From contig OY740799.1 in the NCBI GenBank assembly GCA_963514005.1, forward strand, positions 48,298,001 through 48,362,000: a DNA stretch of 64,000 nucleotides, given 5' to 3'. The notes under the pieces were generated by a model that was given only the letters and a program-made list of their open reading frames with translations, was not told where the DNA came from and made no database searches. Positions 38,685 to 51,885 of the stretch are shown piece by piece. This DNA is from Raja brachyura. Lineage: Eukaryota. Positions within the stretch are counted from its first letter, which is position 1. Every line of letters starts with the position of its first letter. Position numbers and translations under genes: made by a program.

Positions 38685-38820
38685 CTTCTTCTTTTATGTG
38701 GCGAGCACAGCGTAAAGTTGTTGGACAACTTGTTCTATTTGTTCTTCCGTTTGTGCCTGTCGAGTTGATTGCATTAGTCGAAACAGGGCGGACCACGTGA
38801 AGGTTGCAAACTTCCACCCC
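38685..38820 (-). mobile_element. ~136-bp non-autonomous retroposon headed by an HDV-like ribozyme
   Basis: Starts at the ribozyme G+1, ends CACATAAAAGAAGAAG; imperfect TSD GTCCTCCC (38677-38684) and GTCCTTCCC (38822-38830). Confidence 0.75.
38767..38820 (-). ncRNA. Minimal HDV/CPEB3-type self-cleaving ribozyme (54 nt)
   Basis: P1 GGGGUGG/CCGCCCU with G-U at +1; P2 GUUUGCA/UGCAAUC (one mismatch); P3 ACC/GGU; L3 UUCACGU; J1/4 GU; vestigial P4 UUCGA; J4/2 CUAA with the catalytic-position C at 38777. Confidence 0.8.
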
Positions 38821-41480
38821 GGTCCTTCCCGTAATTCAGAGCTAATCTTTAATTCTCAGCTACCTGTTCTCGTGTGTAATTCAGTTGTTTTGACCACGTC
38901 GTGTTATGCTTTTAAAAGGTTATCTGTAATATGTTTTCTGTGAAATCACAAATAATAGCGGAAATACATAAAGCCCAACCGGGTTTGCTATGTTTGTTTC
39001 TCGAACGAACCAGCACCTTGCGCTAAATACGCTCTCGTATTTCTTCGTGCTCCACCATTTCCCTAAATATAATTTCTCTCAAATCGCCACTGGCTGGTAG
39101 AATAGGAATCACTTCGATTATGCGGCCACTGCGCGCTCGGGTGTCCGATGACGTTCAGGTCATATATATTTGAGTGCATTTTATGCCAAAGTTCCAGGAG
39201 AAGCTTTTCGCAACCTGCCATTATACAGTAACTATCTTCGACAAATTGGTCGTCGTGACGAAATGTCTGCTCCACCAAGCACTAAGCAATATCACACACC
39301 TTCTTATATGTCTCTTGAATATTCAGAAAAATGTTTCAAAGCAACGAGAGTGCACCTGATGCAGCCAATACCGTCAGAGAGACCAGCAAAGTATGTGGGT
39401 ATGATTCTGGGTATGGAGTCTAGAACGGGCAAGAGACAAGAATAGACATTAAGAATTCATCGTCAGCATCTGGAATTAGCTGGGATCACATTACACCAAC
39501 GGATAGTAAATTAGTTCAGACCGATTTGCCTCGTACCCATCTTGGGTGTGCTTTCACTTTGCTGCGGCCTTGACGGCGGGGAGTGAGGGAATAACGCCCC
39601 ACAATTAAGAACAGTTCACACGGAGACACACAGCGATGCAATCTACTCATCCCACTAGTTGGGTATCATGGAATAGTCTCGAGGTTGTATTTGGCACATT
39701 CAACACATTATCATGGTATCCACGACGACAGTTATCGGGCCCAGTCATTTGAATAGAGATTGGGCCTACTTTCCGTGGCATAATGCAAGACCAACACTGA
39801 ATGGGCTTTGTGTTTTCGGACCTTAGGCTGTTTGAATACTGACTGGGCCTGCCGTCATAGGGCCCAGTGTCGGGCCCGTGTTCCCTCCAGATCTACCACC
39901 GTTAGGAGAGATAGAGCATATGTTAGACGATTTGCCACCGAAGTTAAAGCAGTAATATGGCGTGAAAAGGCCTGTTCTGCACCAGGGCCGAGTTGAGTCC
40001 CTTACCAGGTATATAAACTGCACCTGATGTGCTTAGATTCTCGCAGAGGCTCTTGCAAATAGTTTGGCAGAAGCAGGTCAGACCAAGGGGTTGGAGGAGG
40101 GCAGGGGGGATTTTTCATTCCCGAGAAGAATGATTCTGCACAGTTGCCAGTTTACGCTCCACGTCTTCTAAATGTAGAAGGCAATATTTTTTTTGCATAG
40201 TGGCTCAGAGGCTAGCAAGGTATTTCTAAATGAACAGGTTAGTTGATATCAGTGCAGAAAGCAGGTATACGGTGTTTCTCAGGTTGAGAAACAATATGAT
40301 TCAATATGATTATGGCTGATCACCAAAAATCATTAACCCACTCCTGCTTTCTCACCACATCCCTTGATTCCATTAGCTCCAAAATGTACAGTATATCTAA
40401 CTCTGTTTTGGAAACATACAGTGAATTGGCCTCCACTGCCTTCTATGGCAGCGAACTTCACAAATTCAAAACTCTCTTGCTGAAAAAAGTGTTTCCCCAT
40501 CTCAGTACTAAATGGCCAACACCTTAATCTTAAACTGTGACCCATAGGTCTGGACTCCCCCAAGATCAGAAACATTTTTCCTGCATAAGAAATCCTTTAA
40601 GAATGGTATATGTTTCCATAAGATCCCCTCCCATCCTTCTTAATTCCATCATATAAGCCCAGTCGATCCATTCTTTCATCATATTGGCCAAGTGTGCGCA
40701 GCCAAGGAGTTTGTCTTGGTGCTCTGCTCGCATTAAGATTAAACCATTAAGAATGAACCATAAAACATTAAAATATTAATAATAAAACATTGTAGTTTAA
40801 GCATGTGAATAAAATAAAATAGCAGAGCAAAATGTGTTTACAGGCTTTTGGTTATTAAGTAGAGCTACTGCTCGTGGAAGAAAAGCTGTTTTTTGTCTGG
40901 CATCCCGGGAATTAACCTGGTGAACCTACGCAGTAGTCATTCAATGGCGAGAATGTTCTTCCTCAAATTAGGAGACCAAAATCGCATACAATACTCTAGG
41001 TGTGGTCTCACCAGGGCCATGTACATCTGCAATAGGACCTCCTTGCTCCTATACTCAAATCTCCTCGCTGTGAAGGCCAACAGGCCAGTTGCTTAATCAC
41101 TGCCTGCCTAACCTGCATGTTTATTGTCAGTGACTGATGTACAACGACACACAGGTCTCGTTGCACCTTTCCTTTTACTAATCTGACACCAATCAGATAA
41201 TAATCTGCCTTCTTTTTCTTGCCACGAAAATGGATAATCTCGAATGTATCCACATAATACTGCATCTGCCGTGCATCTGCCCGCTTACACAACCGATCCA
41301 AGTCACCCTGTAGCTTCAAATAATCTTACTCGCAGCTCACACTGCCACCCAGTTCTGTGTCATCTCCGAACTTGGAGATGTTAAATTGAATTCCTTCGTC
41401 CAAACCAGCATTGAGCCTTGCGGCACCCACTAGTCATGGCCTGACATTCTTAAAATGGCCCATTAATTCCTAGTCTTTGC

Positions 41481-41782
41481 ACAGCTAGCCTAGCACAGCT
41501 TAAGGATAAGGGGGAAATCCTTTAGGACCGAGATGAGAAGGAATATTTTCACACAGAGAGTGGTGGGTCTCTGGAACTCTCTGCCACAGAGGGTAGTTGA
41601 GGCCAGTTCATTGGCTATATTTAAGAGGGAGTGAGATGTGGCCCTTGTGACTAAGGGGATCAGAGGGTATGGAGAGAAGGCAGGTACGGGATACTGAGTT
41701 GGATGATCAGCCATGATCATATTGAATGGCGGTGCAGGCTCGAAGGGCCAAATGGCCTACTCCTGCACCTAATTTCTATGTT
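41481..41782 (+). mobile_element. CR1 3' fragment
   Basis: CR1 tail; TSD TCTTTGC at 41474-41480 and 41783-41789. Confidence 0.8.
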
Positions 41783-41916
41783 TCTTTGCTTCCTGTCTGT
41801 TAACCAGTTCTCTATCCGTGACAATATTTAACCCCCAATACCATGTGCACTCATTTTGCCCATGAATCAATTGTGTTGGAACCTTTCAAAGGGCTTTTGG
41901 GAGTCCAGATACACCA

Positions 41917-43883
41917 TAGAAAACATAGAAACATAGAAAATAGGTGCAGGAGTAGGCCATTCGGCCCTTCGAGCCTGCACCGCCATTCAATGCGATCATG
42001 GCTGATCATCCAACTCAGTATCCCGTACTTGCCTTCTCTCCATACCCCCTGATCCCTTTAGCCACAAGGGCCACATCTAACTCCCTCTTAAATATAGCCA
42101 ATGAACTGGCCTCAACTACCTTCTGTGGCAGAGAATTCCAGAGACTCACGAATCTCTGTGTAAACGTTACGAAAGGTAAATCATGTCTGACAAATCGGAT
42201 AGAATTTTTTGAGGATGTAACTAGTAGAGTGGATAAGGGAGAACCAGTGGATGTGTTATATCTAGACTTTCAGAAGGCTTTCGACAAGGTCCCGCATAAG
42301 AGATTAGCATACAAACTTAAAGCACACGGTATTGGGGGTTCAGTATTGATGTGGATAGAGAACTGGCTAGCAGACAGGAGGCAAAGGGTAGGAGTAAACG
42401 GGTCCTTTTCAAAATGGCAGGCAGTGACTAGTGGGGTGCCGCAAGGCTCAGTGCTGGGACCCCAGCTATTTACAATATATATTAATGATTTGGACGAGGG
42501 AATTCAATGCAACATCTCCAAATTTGCAGATGATACCAAGCTGGGGGGTATAGTTAGGTGTGAGGAGGATGCTTGGAGGCTGCAGGGTGATTTGGATAGG
42601 CTGAGTGAATGGGCAGATGCATGGCAGATGCAGTACAATGTGGATAAATGTGAGGTTATCCACTTTGGTGGCAAAAACATGAGGGTAGACTATTATCTGA
42701 ATGGTGGCAGATTAGGTAAGGGGGAGATGCAACGAGACCTGGGTGTCATGGTACACCAGTCATTGAAAGTAGGCATGCAGCTGCAGCAGGCAGTGAAGAA
42801 AGCAAATGGTATGTTAGCATTCATAGCGAAAGGATTTGAGTATAGGAGCAGGGAGGTTCTACTGCAGTTGTACAGGGTTTTGGTGAGGCCACACCTGGAG
42901 TACTGCGTACAGTTTTGGTCTCCAAATCTGAGGAAAGACATCCTTGCCATAGAGGGGGTACAGAGAAGATTCACCAGACTGATTCCTGGGATGTCAGGAC
43001 TTTCATATGAGGAAAGATTGGATAGACTCGGTTTGTACTCGATGGAATTTAGAAGATTGAGGGGGGATCTTATAGAAACCTACAAAATTCTTAAGGGGTT
43101 GGACAAGCTAGATGCTGGAAGATTGTTCCCGATGTTGGGGGAGTCCAGAACAAGGGGTCACAGTCTAAGGATAAGGGGGAATTCCTTTAGGACCGAAATG
43201 AGGAAAACATTCTTTACACAGAGAGTGGTGAGTCTCTGGAATTCTCTGCCACAGAAGGTAGTTGAGGCCAGTTCATTGGCTATATTTAAGAGGGCGTTAG
43301 ATGTGGCACTTGTGGCTAAAGGGATCAGGGGGTATGGAGAGAAGGCAGGTACGGGATACTGAGTTGGATGATCAGCCATGATCACATTGAATGGCGGTGC
43401 AGGCTCGAAGGGCCGAATGGCCTACTCCTGCACCTATTTTCTATGTTTCTATGTTTCTATGTAAAGAATGTTTTCCTCATTTCGGTCCTAAAGGAATTCC
43501 CCCTTATCCTTAGACTGTGACCCCTTGTTCTGGACTCCCCCAACATCGGGAACAATCTTCCAGCATCTAGCTTGTCCAACCCCTTAAGAATTTTGTAAGT
43601 TTCTATAAGATCCCCCCTCAATCTTCTAAATTCCACCGAGTACAAGCCGAGTCTATGCAATCTTTCCTCATATGAAAGTCCTGACATCCCAGGAATCAGT
43701 CTGGTGAATCTTCTCTGTACCCCCTCTATGGCAAGGATGTCTTTCCTCAGATTTGGAGACCAAAACTGTACGCAATACTCCAGGTGTGGCCTCACCAAAA
43801 CCCTGTACAACTGCAGTAGAACCTCCCTGCTCCTATACTCAAATCCTTTCGCTATGAATGCTAACATACCATTTGCTTTCTTC
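41917..43883 (-). mobile_element. Young CR1 (family B) interrupted by a same-family copy
   Basis: TSD CACCA at 41912-41916 and 43884-43888; sequence resumes collinearly after 43460. Confidence 0.85.
42165..43459 (+). mobile_element. Young CR1 (family B) with open RT
   Basis: RT part of ORF 41998-43362; TSD TGTAAA at 42159-42164 and 43460-43465. Confidence 0.9.
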
Positions 43884-44869
43884 CACCACATCCACTGGCT
43901 CTCCCTTATCAATTTTCCCTCTTACATACTCAAAAAATTCCAGAAGATTCATCAAGCATGGTTCCCCTTCATAAATCCATGCCGGATTTGACCGATCCTG
44001 TCAGTGCTTTCCAAATGCCCTGCTATTACATCTTTAGTAATCAACTCAAACATCTTCCCCACTACCGATGTCAGGCCAACTGGTCTATAATACCCCGTTT
44101 TCTCTCTCCATCCTTTCTTAAAGAGTGGGGTTATATTAGCTACCCTCCAGTCCACAGGAACTGATCCAGTGTCTGTAGAACATTGGAAAATGATGACCAA
44201 TACATCCACGATTTCGAGGGCCACCTCCTTGAGTTGTTTCGGATGCAGACCATCAGGCTTTGGGGATTTATCTGCCTTCAGTCCCAACAGTTTATCTAAC
44301 AACATTTCCTGACTAATGTGGATTTCCTTCACTTGCTCCCTCCTACTAGATCCTCGGTCCCCTTGTATTTCTGGGGGAATATTTGTGTCTTCCTTAGTGA
44401 AGACAGGATCAAAGTATTTGTTTAACTGGTCTGCCATTTTCTAGTTCCCATTATAAATTAACCTGTTTCTGACTATAAGGGACCTACATTTGTCCTCACT
44501 GCTATTTTCCCTGCAAGCTTCCTTTCATGCTCCATTTCCCCCCTCTTAATTAAACCCTTTGTCCTCCTCTGTTACATTTTAAATTTCTCCCAGTCCACCG
44601 GTTTGCTGCTTCCTATGGCCAATTTATGTGTGCTGGATTTAACACTATCCCCAATTTCGATCGTTAGTCACGGTTCCGCCGCCTTCCCTGTTTTATTTTT
44701 AAACCAAAACAGGGGTGAACAATTGTTGCAATTCATCCATACGATCTTTAACTCTTTGCCATTGCATATCCATCGTCAAGCCTTTAAGTATCATTTGCCA
44801 TTTTATCCTAGCCAATTCCGGTCTCATACCGTCCAAACCTGATTCTGTTTGAACACAGTTTTGAACGGT

Positions 44870-47090
44870 TATGGCACCAGATTCATGCTGCCAAGCTCGA
44901 GAGAAAATGTTTGATTTTGGCGTTTTTGGGCATGGAAAATGCATTTGGATTTATACTACATATTCTTATTTCGAGTGCTTTTGATTTATTTCGAGTTCAA
45001 GGGTCGATAGTAAATTTAGTGAAAAAGTATTTCCAAGATGTCCGAATGTGTTTTAGTACAGCAAACCTTCTGGCAGCCTGGCAGAGACCACAGGTGGGCA
45101 TTATGGCACGGTGTGCTATATGCCCATTAGTTTTTACAGTGACGATGGAGCTAGTGATTAGAGCACCACGGTGGGTCATCAGTGGGGAGAGTCGGCAGGC
45201 CGCACTACAATCTGGGCCTATATGGGTGATATGACCATGGTGACCACAATAGTAGCTTGTACAAGAACGTTATATGAGAAGATAAATTACAATCTTAAAT
45301 TGGTTCAAATGAAGATTAAGCCCAGTAAGTCACGGAATATTTATTTGGCAAGGGGGAAGGTAGTAGAGAAAACGTTTTTGCAGATGAAGAAGACATAATG
45401 GAGATACCAGTTAGAAGTTTGGGTAGGAGGTATAATTGGAAGTTGGATGACTCTGAACAGGTTCAGCAACTGAGAAAAGATGTTACTGACGGGTTGGAAA
45501 GGATAGAGATGTCGGGGCTTCCAGGCTAGTTGAAGTTGTGGTATTTGCAGTTTGGGCTATTTCCTCAGTTGATGTGGCCATTGACAGCATATGAGGTGCC
45601 AATTCCCTAAGGGAAAAGGTTAGAGAGATTGATTAGTTCAAATATTAAGAAATGGTTAGGAGTTCCACGGTGTCTGAGTAATGTGGCTTTATATGGGAAA
45701 GGTATTCTCTATTTGCCATTGTTTCTCCTAACAGAGAAGTTTAAGTGTACTAAGTTTCAGCTATAGTTGTAATTATCAGGGAGCAAGGATGACTTTGTTA
45801 GTAATGTTGTGCCAAGTATAACCAGTGGGAAGATGTGGAACTCAAAGCAGGGAGTAGAAGAAGCACAAGCAGCTCTGAGGCATACGGACATTGTTGGTAG
45901 GGTGCAGCAAGGGATGGGAGGGTTAGGGCTCAACACATTTAGACCAATGTGGAGAAAGGCAGGTCCAACAGAGAGGAGGAAATTGGTTGTGGAGCAGGTA
46001 CATATTTATGGGGTGCTGCCATCACCGCAGAACCTCAAACAATCGGTAGTTGGGGACTCGGCATGTCCCTTGTGTTCAGAGGTGGCAACGTTGAGGCATC
46101 TTTTGTCAGAATGTGGAACTAGTCTTTCTCAGGGTCGATATATTTGGCGGCATAACCAGGTCTTGAAGTGCATAGCTGCAGCAATTGAGAGGAGAAGAGC
46201 ACAAGTGAATGCAGTAGGCATCAGGACTGTGATGGTAGCGATTCATTTTGTTCGTGAGAGAGAGAAAGGTAGAGGAGGGAAGTTTTCAGACAGGTATGAC
46301 TCAGGCCAGTTACGAGGAGCCAATGATTGGGAGATGCAGGCAGATTTGGGAGGAAAGCTTGTTGTTCCGCAGGAAAAATGATTACCAGTTTGAGGCCTGA
46401 TATCGTATTATGGTCAGTTCGTCAACAGATAGTGTCTATCATAGACATCATGGTGCCTTGGGAAAACGTAGTGGATGAGGCTTATGCAAGGAAAAAGCTT
46501 AGATATGTAGACTTGGCAGCTGAGTTCGAGCAGCGAGGATGGTGAGCAAGACTGCGTCCGGTAGAGGTAGGTTGCAGAAGTTTCAAAATTAGATCGACCA
46601 CATCGCTATTTGGAGAGCTGGGAATTCGTGGACAAAGTTTGCGTCAGGCAGTAAATCAGACATCAGAGGCCGCAGAGCAAGGCAGTAGGTGAATTTGATG
46701 GAGTAGAAATAGTGTCAGTTGTGGACAGAAAGAAAACGCATGACATGCAATATGTTTATTTCTTTGTAATTGATGTCTTAGTAAGTGTATCCCAGTCTTA
46801 TACAAGAGCGATATTTGTGGTGTTACAAGTTTAATGATGGCTAGGATTAGTGGAAGAAAGGATGCAGGTGCTGAGCATTTGTTAGAGTGAGCTAATTGGC
46901 TGTTGCGTCATTTATTTAGTGGATACCGGTAGCATAGGTGGTGAGAGCAGGTATTGAGGAGGGTTGTTCCGGGATGCCAGAACCAGATGTTGAGCCTTTC
47001 CTCGGTTTCTCGGGCCTATCGCAACGAAACACCAGTGAAGGGAGGTGCCCACTTGATAACATTAATGATATACTTGCATCTATATGACTA
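44870..47090 (+). mobile_element. Degenerate HERO-like (R2-group, restriction-like endonuclease) LINE
   Basis: AYMGDMT, KIKPSKSR, VLPSPQNL, CPLC...HLLSEC, GRYIWRHNQVLK, LRPDIVLWS...VPWE; many stops. Confidence 0.8.
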
Positions 47091-47613
47091 GTTTTTGTTC
47101 AGAGCTAGTTAACACGCAGGTAGCTGTTTTTTTTTGCAATTGAGTAATTTATTGACCTTGGCATATGTTGATATATTCAGTTAGATCATTAGATCATACT
47201 TTAGCCCCGGGCTTGGTTTTCTTATTTGAGCGCATATCCCGGAGTTATAACATAAATATTTTGTATTTTAATTCCAACGGACAGCAAATCGGCATGGTGT
47301 TCTGGGGACCTCTGTAGTAAAAATGATGACAGGGCTCGTTGTAATAGGGCCTCGTGCAATTTAAGCAGTAGGTAGATCTGTTGTAATGTTATCAGTGAAT
47401 TCTCCGGGTCTGATGGGAATCAGTGTAACATGAAGATTGACTGTGCCAGGTCTTGGAATTATATGGTCAACTGTAACACGAACAGTGACAGGGATTCTTA
47501 TGAAAGCATCAAGTGTAATATGAGCTGTGACTTAGCCTGGTGGTACAAGTGAAATATAACTTGTGATTGTAACTGGTCTTATGTGAAATGAGCACTGTAG
47601 TGGCTTTGAGGTT

Positions 47614-48803
47614 TAGAAACATAGAAACATAGAAAATAGGTGCAGGAGTAGGCCATTCAGCCCTTCGAGCCTACACCGCCATTCAATATGTTCATGGCTG
47701 ATCATCCAACTCAGTATCCCGTACCTGCCTTCTCTCCATACCCCCTGATCCCTTTAGCCAAAAGGGCCACATCTAACTCCCTCTTAAATGTAGCCAACAA
47801 ACTGGCCTCAACTACCTTCTGTGGCAGAGAATTCCACAGATTCACCACTCTCTGTGTGAAAAATGTTTTTCTCATCTCGGTCCTGAAAGATTTCCCCCTT
47901 ATCCTTAAACTGTGGCAGTTAAACCTTGCCCTGGACTTCCCCAACATCGGGAACAATCTTCCTGCATCTAGCCTGTCCAACCCCTTAAGGATGTTGTAAG
48001 TTTCTATAAGATCCCCTCCAAATCTCCTAAATTCCAGCGAGTACAAACCAAGTCTATCCAGTCTTTCTTCATATGGATGTCCTGACATCCCAGGAATCAG
48101 TCTGGTGAACCTTCTCTGTACTCCATCTATCGCAAGAATGTATTTCCTCAGATTTGGAGACCAAAACTGTACGCAATACTCCAGATGTGGTCTCACCAAG
48201 ACCCTGTACAACTACAGTAGAACCTCCCGACTCCTATACTCAAATCCTTTTGCTATGAATGCTAACATACTATTCGCTTTCTTCACTGCCTGCTGCACCT
48301 GCATGCCTACTTTCAATGACTGGTGTACCATGACACCCAGGTCTCGTTGCATCTCCCCTTTTCATAATCGGCCACCATTCAAATAATAGTCAACTTTCCT
48401 GTGTTTGACACCAAATTGGATAACCGTACATTTATCCACATTATACTGCATCTGCCATGCATTTGCCCACTCACCCAGCCTATCCAAGTCTCCTTGCAAC
48501 CTCCTAGCATCCTCCTCACAGCTAACACTGCTCCCCAGCTTGGTGTCATCCGCAAACTTCGAGATGTTGCAATCAATTCCCTCGTCCAAATCATTAATAT
48601 ATATTGTAAATAGCTGGGGTCCCAGCACTGAGCCTTGCGGTACCCCACTAGTCACTGCCTGCCATCCTGAAAAGGACCCGTTCACTCCTACTCTTTGCTT
48701 CCTGTCTGCCAGCCAGTTCTCAATCCACATCAATACTGAACCGCCAATACCGTGTGCTTTAAGTTCGTATACTAATCGCTTGTGTGGGACCTTGTCTAAA
48801 GCC
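47614..48803 (-). mobile_element. CR1 fragment
   Basis: ORFs 47711-48211 and 48362-48895 with PQGSVLGP and FADDTK. Confidence 0.9.
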
Positions 48804-49170
48804 TTGGTCGCACTGTATATATCGCACTGTTTGCTGAGCAATGACTTTATGGTGTTGAGTGCAATATCAAGGAATGATCGGACCTGATAATGCATGGTCC
48901 TCTGTACTGTGAAGTCACTTGTGTTATAGCTGTGGAATATTGTTTTAGATGAACAATGATTCAGTGTGTATCCATGCTGGAGTAATATAATTAGTGATGA
49001 GACCGTTACAATGAGGTCAAATGTAAACTGAACAGGCTGCAGACCTGATCTATTGAATACACAGGGAAATAAAGAGCGACTGGATTTGGTGTAATAACCG
49101 CACAGAAACCTTGGGTGGGGGCAAAGTCTCCAGAGGTTTCAGTTCAGGTTTCCTAAGTGGGACAGGGGCA

Positions 49171-49239
49171 TAAGCAGACTCAGGCTTAATTAGTACTCGG
49201 ATGGGACACCGCCTGGAATACCAGGTGCCGGAGACTTTT
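49171..49239 (+). pseudogene. 5S rRNA pseudogene, 3' ~65 nt plus T-run terminator
   Basis: TAAGCAGACTCAGGCTTAATTAGTACTCGGATGGGACACCGCCTGGAATACCAGGTGCCGGAGACTTTT aligns to the vertebrate 5S 3' half (box C GGATGGGAGAC-like); 5' half absent. Confidence 0.85.
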
Positions 49240-51037
49240 ATTCACCATCAGAAGTCGTGTACTCTTGCTCTCAATCTCACTCGCTTTATTTGTTTGTTTA
49301 CTTCTAATTATGTTTCCCCAAAAAGAGAAGGGGGGGTGAAGTTGGGGGGGGGGGGGGGGTTGCAGAAGGGGGGGGAGAGAGAGGGGGAGCGGGAGAGAGA
49401 AAGAGAGAGAGAGAGAGTTGAAAAAGGGGGTGTTTGACGGGCAATTCCTCTACTGGACAGTGGTATCGACATAATGTTTTCGGAAAAGTGGGCCGTTTCA
49501 AAATGAGAGAGGAACGTGATTCAGTTTTACCTTAAGGTGGGAAGCAAATCTATTCGGTCTGAAATTAGAGCATACAGCATTCAGCACAAAAATCAGTGAG
49601 AACTTTCACTATCGATAGCAAAATAACAGATTGTGAAACTGCATCAAATGCTTTACAGTTAAGTGCATTATTTGCAAGAAATCTGTGTATATTTGACATA
49701 ACAGCACAATTAACCTAATCCTAGATGGCCGTTGGCATTGAATGAAAGTAAAATACTGTAAAGTTCAATACATTCATATTGGTGCACGTTCTTCTCACTT
49801 GCTCACACCAATCTTCTCTCTCTTTCACCCTTCTCTCTCCCTCTGTCTCTCTCTCTATCCCTCTCTCCATCTATGCCACCACCCCTCCTGCCATCCCTTT
49901 GTCCACTCCTCCAATCCTCTCCCCCCAGTCTACTTGACTTTACTCCATCCAATCTTGTGACCGGCTCTTTCCCCTCTACTGTGTCAACCTCTCATTGTTC
50001 CAAATCTCTCTACACACGCACACGCACACGCACGTTCCGCACACACGTTCCGCACACGCCCCCCTATTTCTGTCATTGCACTTTCAAAGCCCTCACTCCC
50101 CCACTCACTTCACCGGCCCACTCCCTCCCCAGTCCTCCGCCCTTTCTCCCCACTCCCCCTGCCTTCCTCGACTTCCTCATCCACAGTCTGATGGAATAGG
50201 CAGAAATATTTCTTCTTCATTAACAATCAGTACGGGAGCACCTCAAGGCTGCGTGCTCACCCCCCTGCTCTACTCACTCCATACTCATGACTGTGTAGCC
50301 AGCCACAGTGCGAACTCCATATTCAAGTTCGCCAACGGTACCACCATTGTTGGATGAATTACAGATGGCGACGAGTCAGAGCTTAGAAGTGAGATCGATC
50401 GATTTGACCAAATGGTGACAGCACAACAACCTGGCTCTCAATAGCAGTAAAACTAATGAACTGCTTGTGGACTTTGGAAGAGGAAAGATGAGGACCCACG
50501 ATCCTGTTTATATCAACGGAACGATGGTGGAGAGAGTCAAACACGTCAAATTCCTGGGCGAGCATATTTCCGAAGATCTTTCCTAGAGCCAGCACACTGA
50601 TTAAATTATAAATAAAGCACATCAACGCCTCTACTTCCCGAATACATTACGGATATTCGGAATGTCAGAGGGGAATATCTTGAACCTACAGGTGGACAGG
50701 AGAGCGAATATTTACTAGTTGCATTACAGCCTGGTTCGGCAACTTGAACGTCCGGGAGCGAAAAAGCCCCCAGAATGTGGTGAACACTGCCCAGCCCATC
50801 ACCGGCTCTAACCTCCCCACCATAGAAAGGGTTTATCGGAATCGCTGCCTCAAAAATTCCACCAGCATCATCAGAGACCTACACCAACCTGGCCACACAC
50901 TCATCTCACCTCTACCATCGGGAAGAAGGTACAGGAGCCTGAAAACTGTAACGTCCAGGTTCAGGAACAGCTTCTTCCCTAGATCTATCAGGCTTTAACC
51001 ACCACGACCTCAAATATGCTCTGAATCACAATAGACA

Positions 51038-51057
51038 TTAACAACAACAACAACAAC

Positions 51058-51127
<70 letters not shown>

Positions 51128-51195
51128 AATTAATAATAAGATATTGTATTAATATAAATAATGTTATTTAATAATAATAATAATTATTATTATTA
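51038..51195. repeat. (AAC)n/(AAT)n microsatellite
   Basis: Direct inspection. Confidence 0.95.
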
Positions 51196-51885
51196 GACAA
51201 TAGACAATAGGTGCAGGAGGAGGCCATTTGGCCCTTCGAGCCAGCACCTCCATTCAATGTGATCATGGCTGATCATCCCCAATCAGTACCCCGTTCTTGC
51301 CTTCTCTCCATATTCCCTGACTCGGTAATTTTTAAGAGCCCTATCCAGCTCTCTCTTGAAAGCATCCAGAGCACCTGCCTCCACCACCGTCTGAGGTAGA
51401 GAATTCCACAAACTCACCACTCTATGTGAGACAAAGTGTTTCCTCGTCTCCGTTTTAAATGGCTTACTGCTTATTCTTAAACTGTGGCCCCTGGTTCTGG
51501 ACTCCCCAATAATCGCGAACATGTTTCCTTCCTCTGGTGTGTCCAAGCCCTTAACAATCTTATATGTTTCAATTAGATCTCCTCTCATCCTTCTAAACTC
51601 CAGAGTGTACAAGCCCAGCCGCTCCATTCTCTCAGCATATGACAGTCCCGCCATCCCAGGAATTAACATTGTAAACCTACACTGCACTCCCTCAATAGCA
51701 AGAATGTCCTTCCTCAAATTAGGGGACCAAAACTGCACACAATACTCCAGGTATGGTCTCACTAGGCCTTTGTACAACTGCAGAAGGACCTCTTTGCTCC
51801 TATATTCGGTTTATCTTGTTTGAAAGGCCAACATGCCATTCGCTTTCTTCACTGCCTGTGTACCTGCATGCTTACCTGCATGCTT
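51195..51885 (-). mobile_element. CR1 3' fragment
   Basis: ORF 51283-51777; (CTATTGT)n tail. Confidence 0.85.

Larger units (their letters stand above)
40295..44860 (-). mobile_element. Old degenerate CR1 hosting three younger CR1 insertions
   Basis: Collinear broken ORFs 40333-40575, 41008-41319, 43952-44437. Confidence 0.8.

Noticed and set aside
39730-39890. GGGCCC-rich short palindromes
   Set aside because: Stems of only 8-10 bp with no TSD or RNA family signature.
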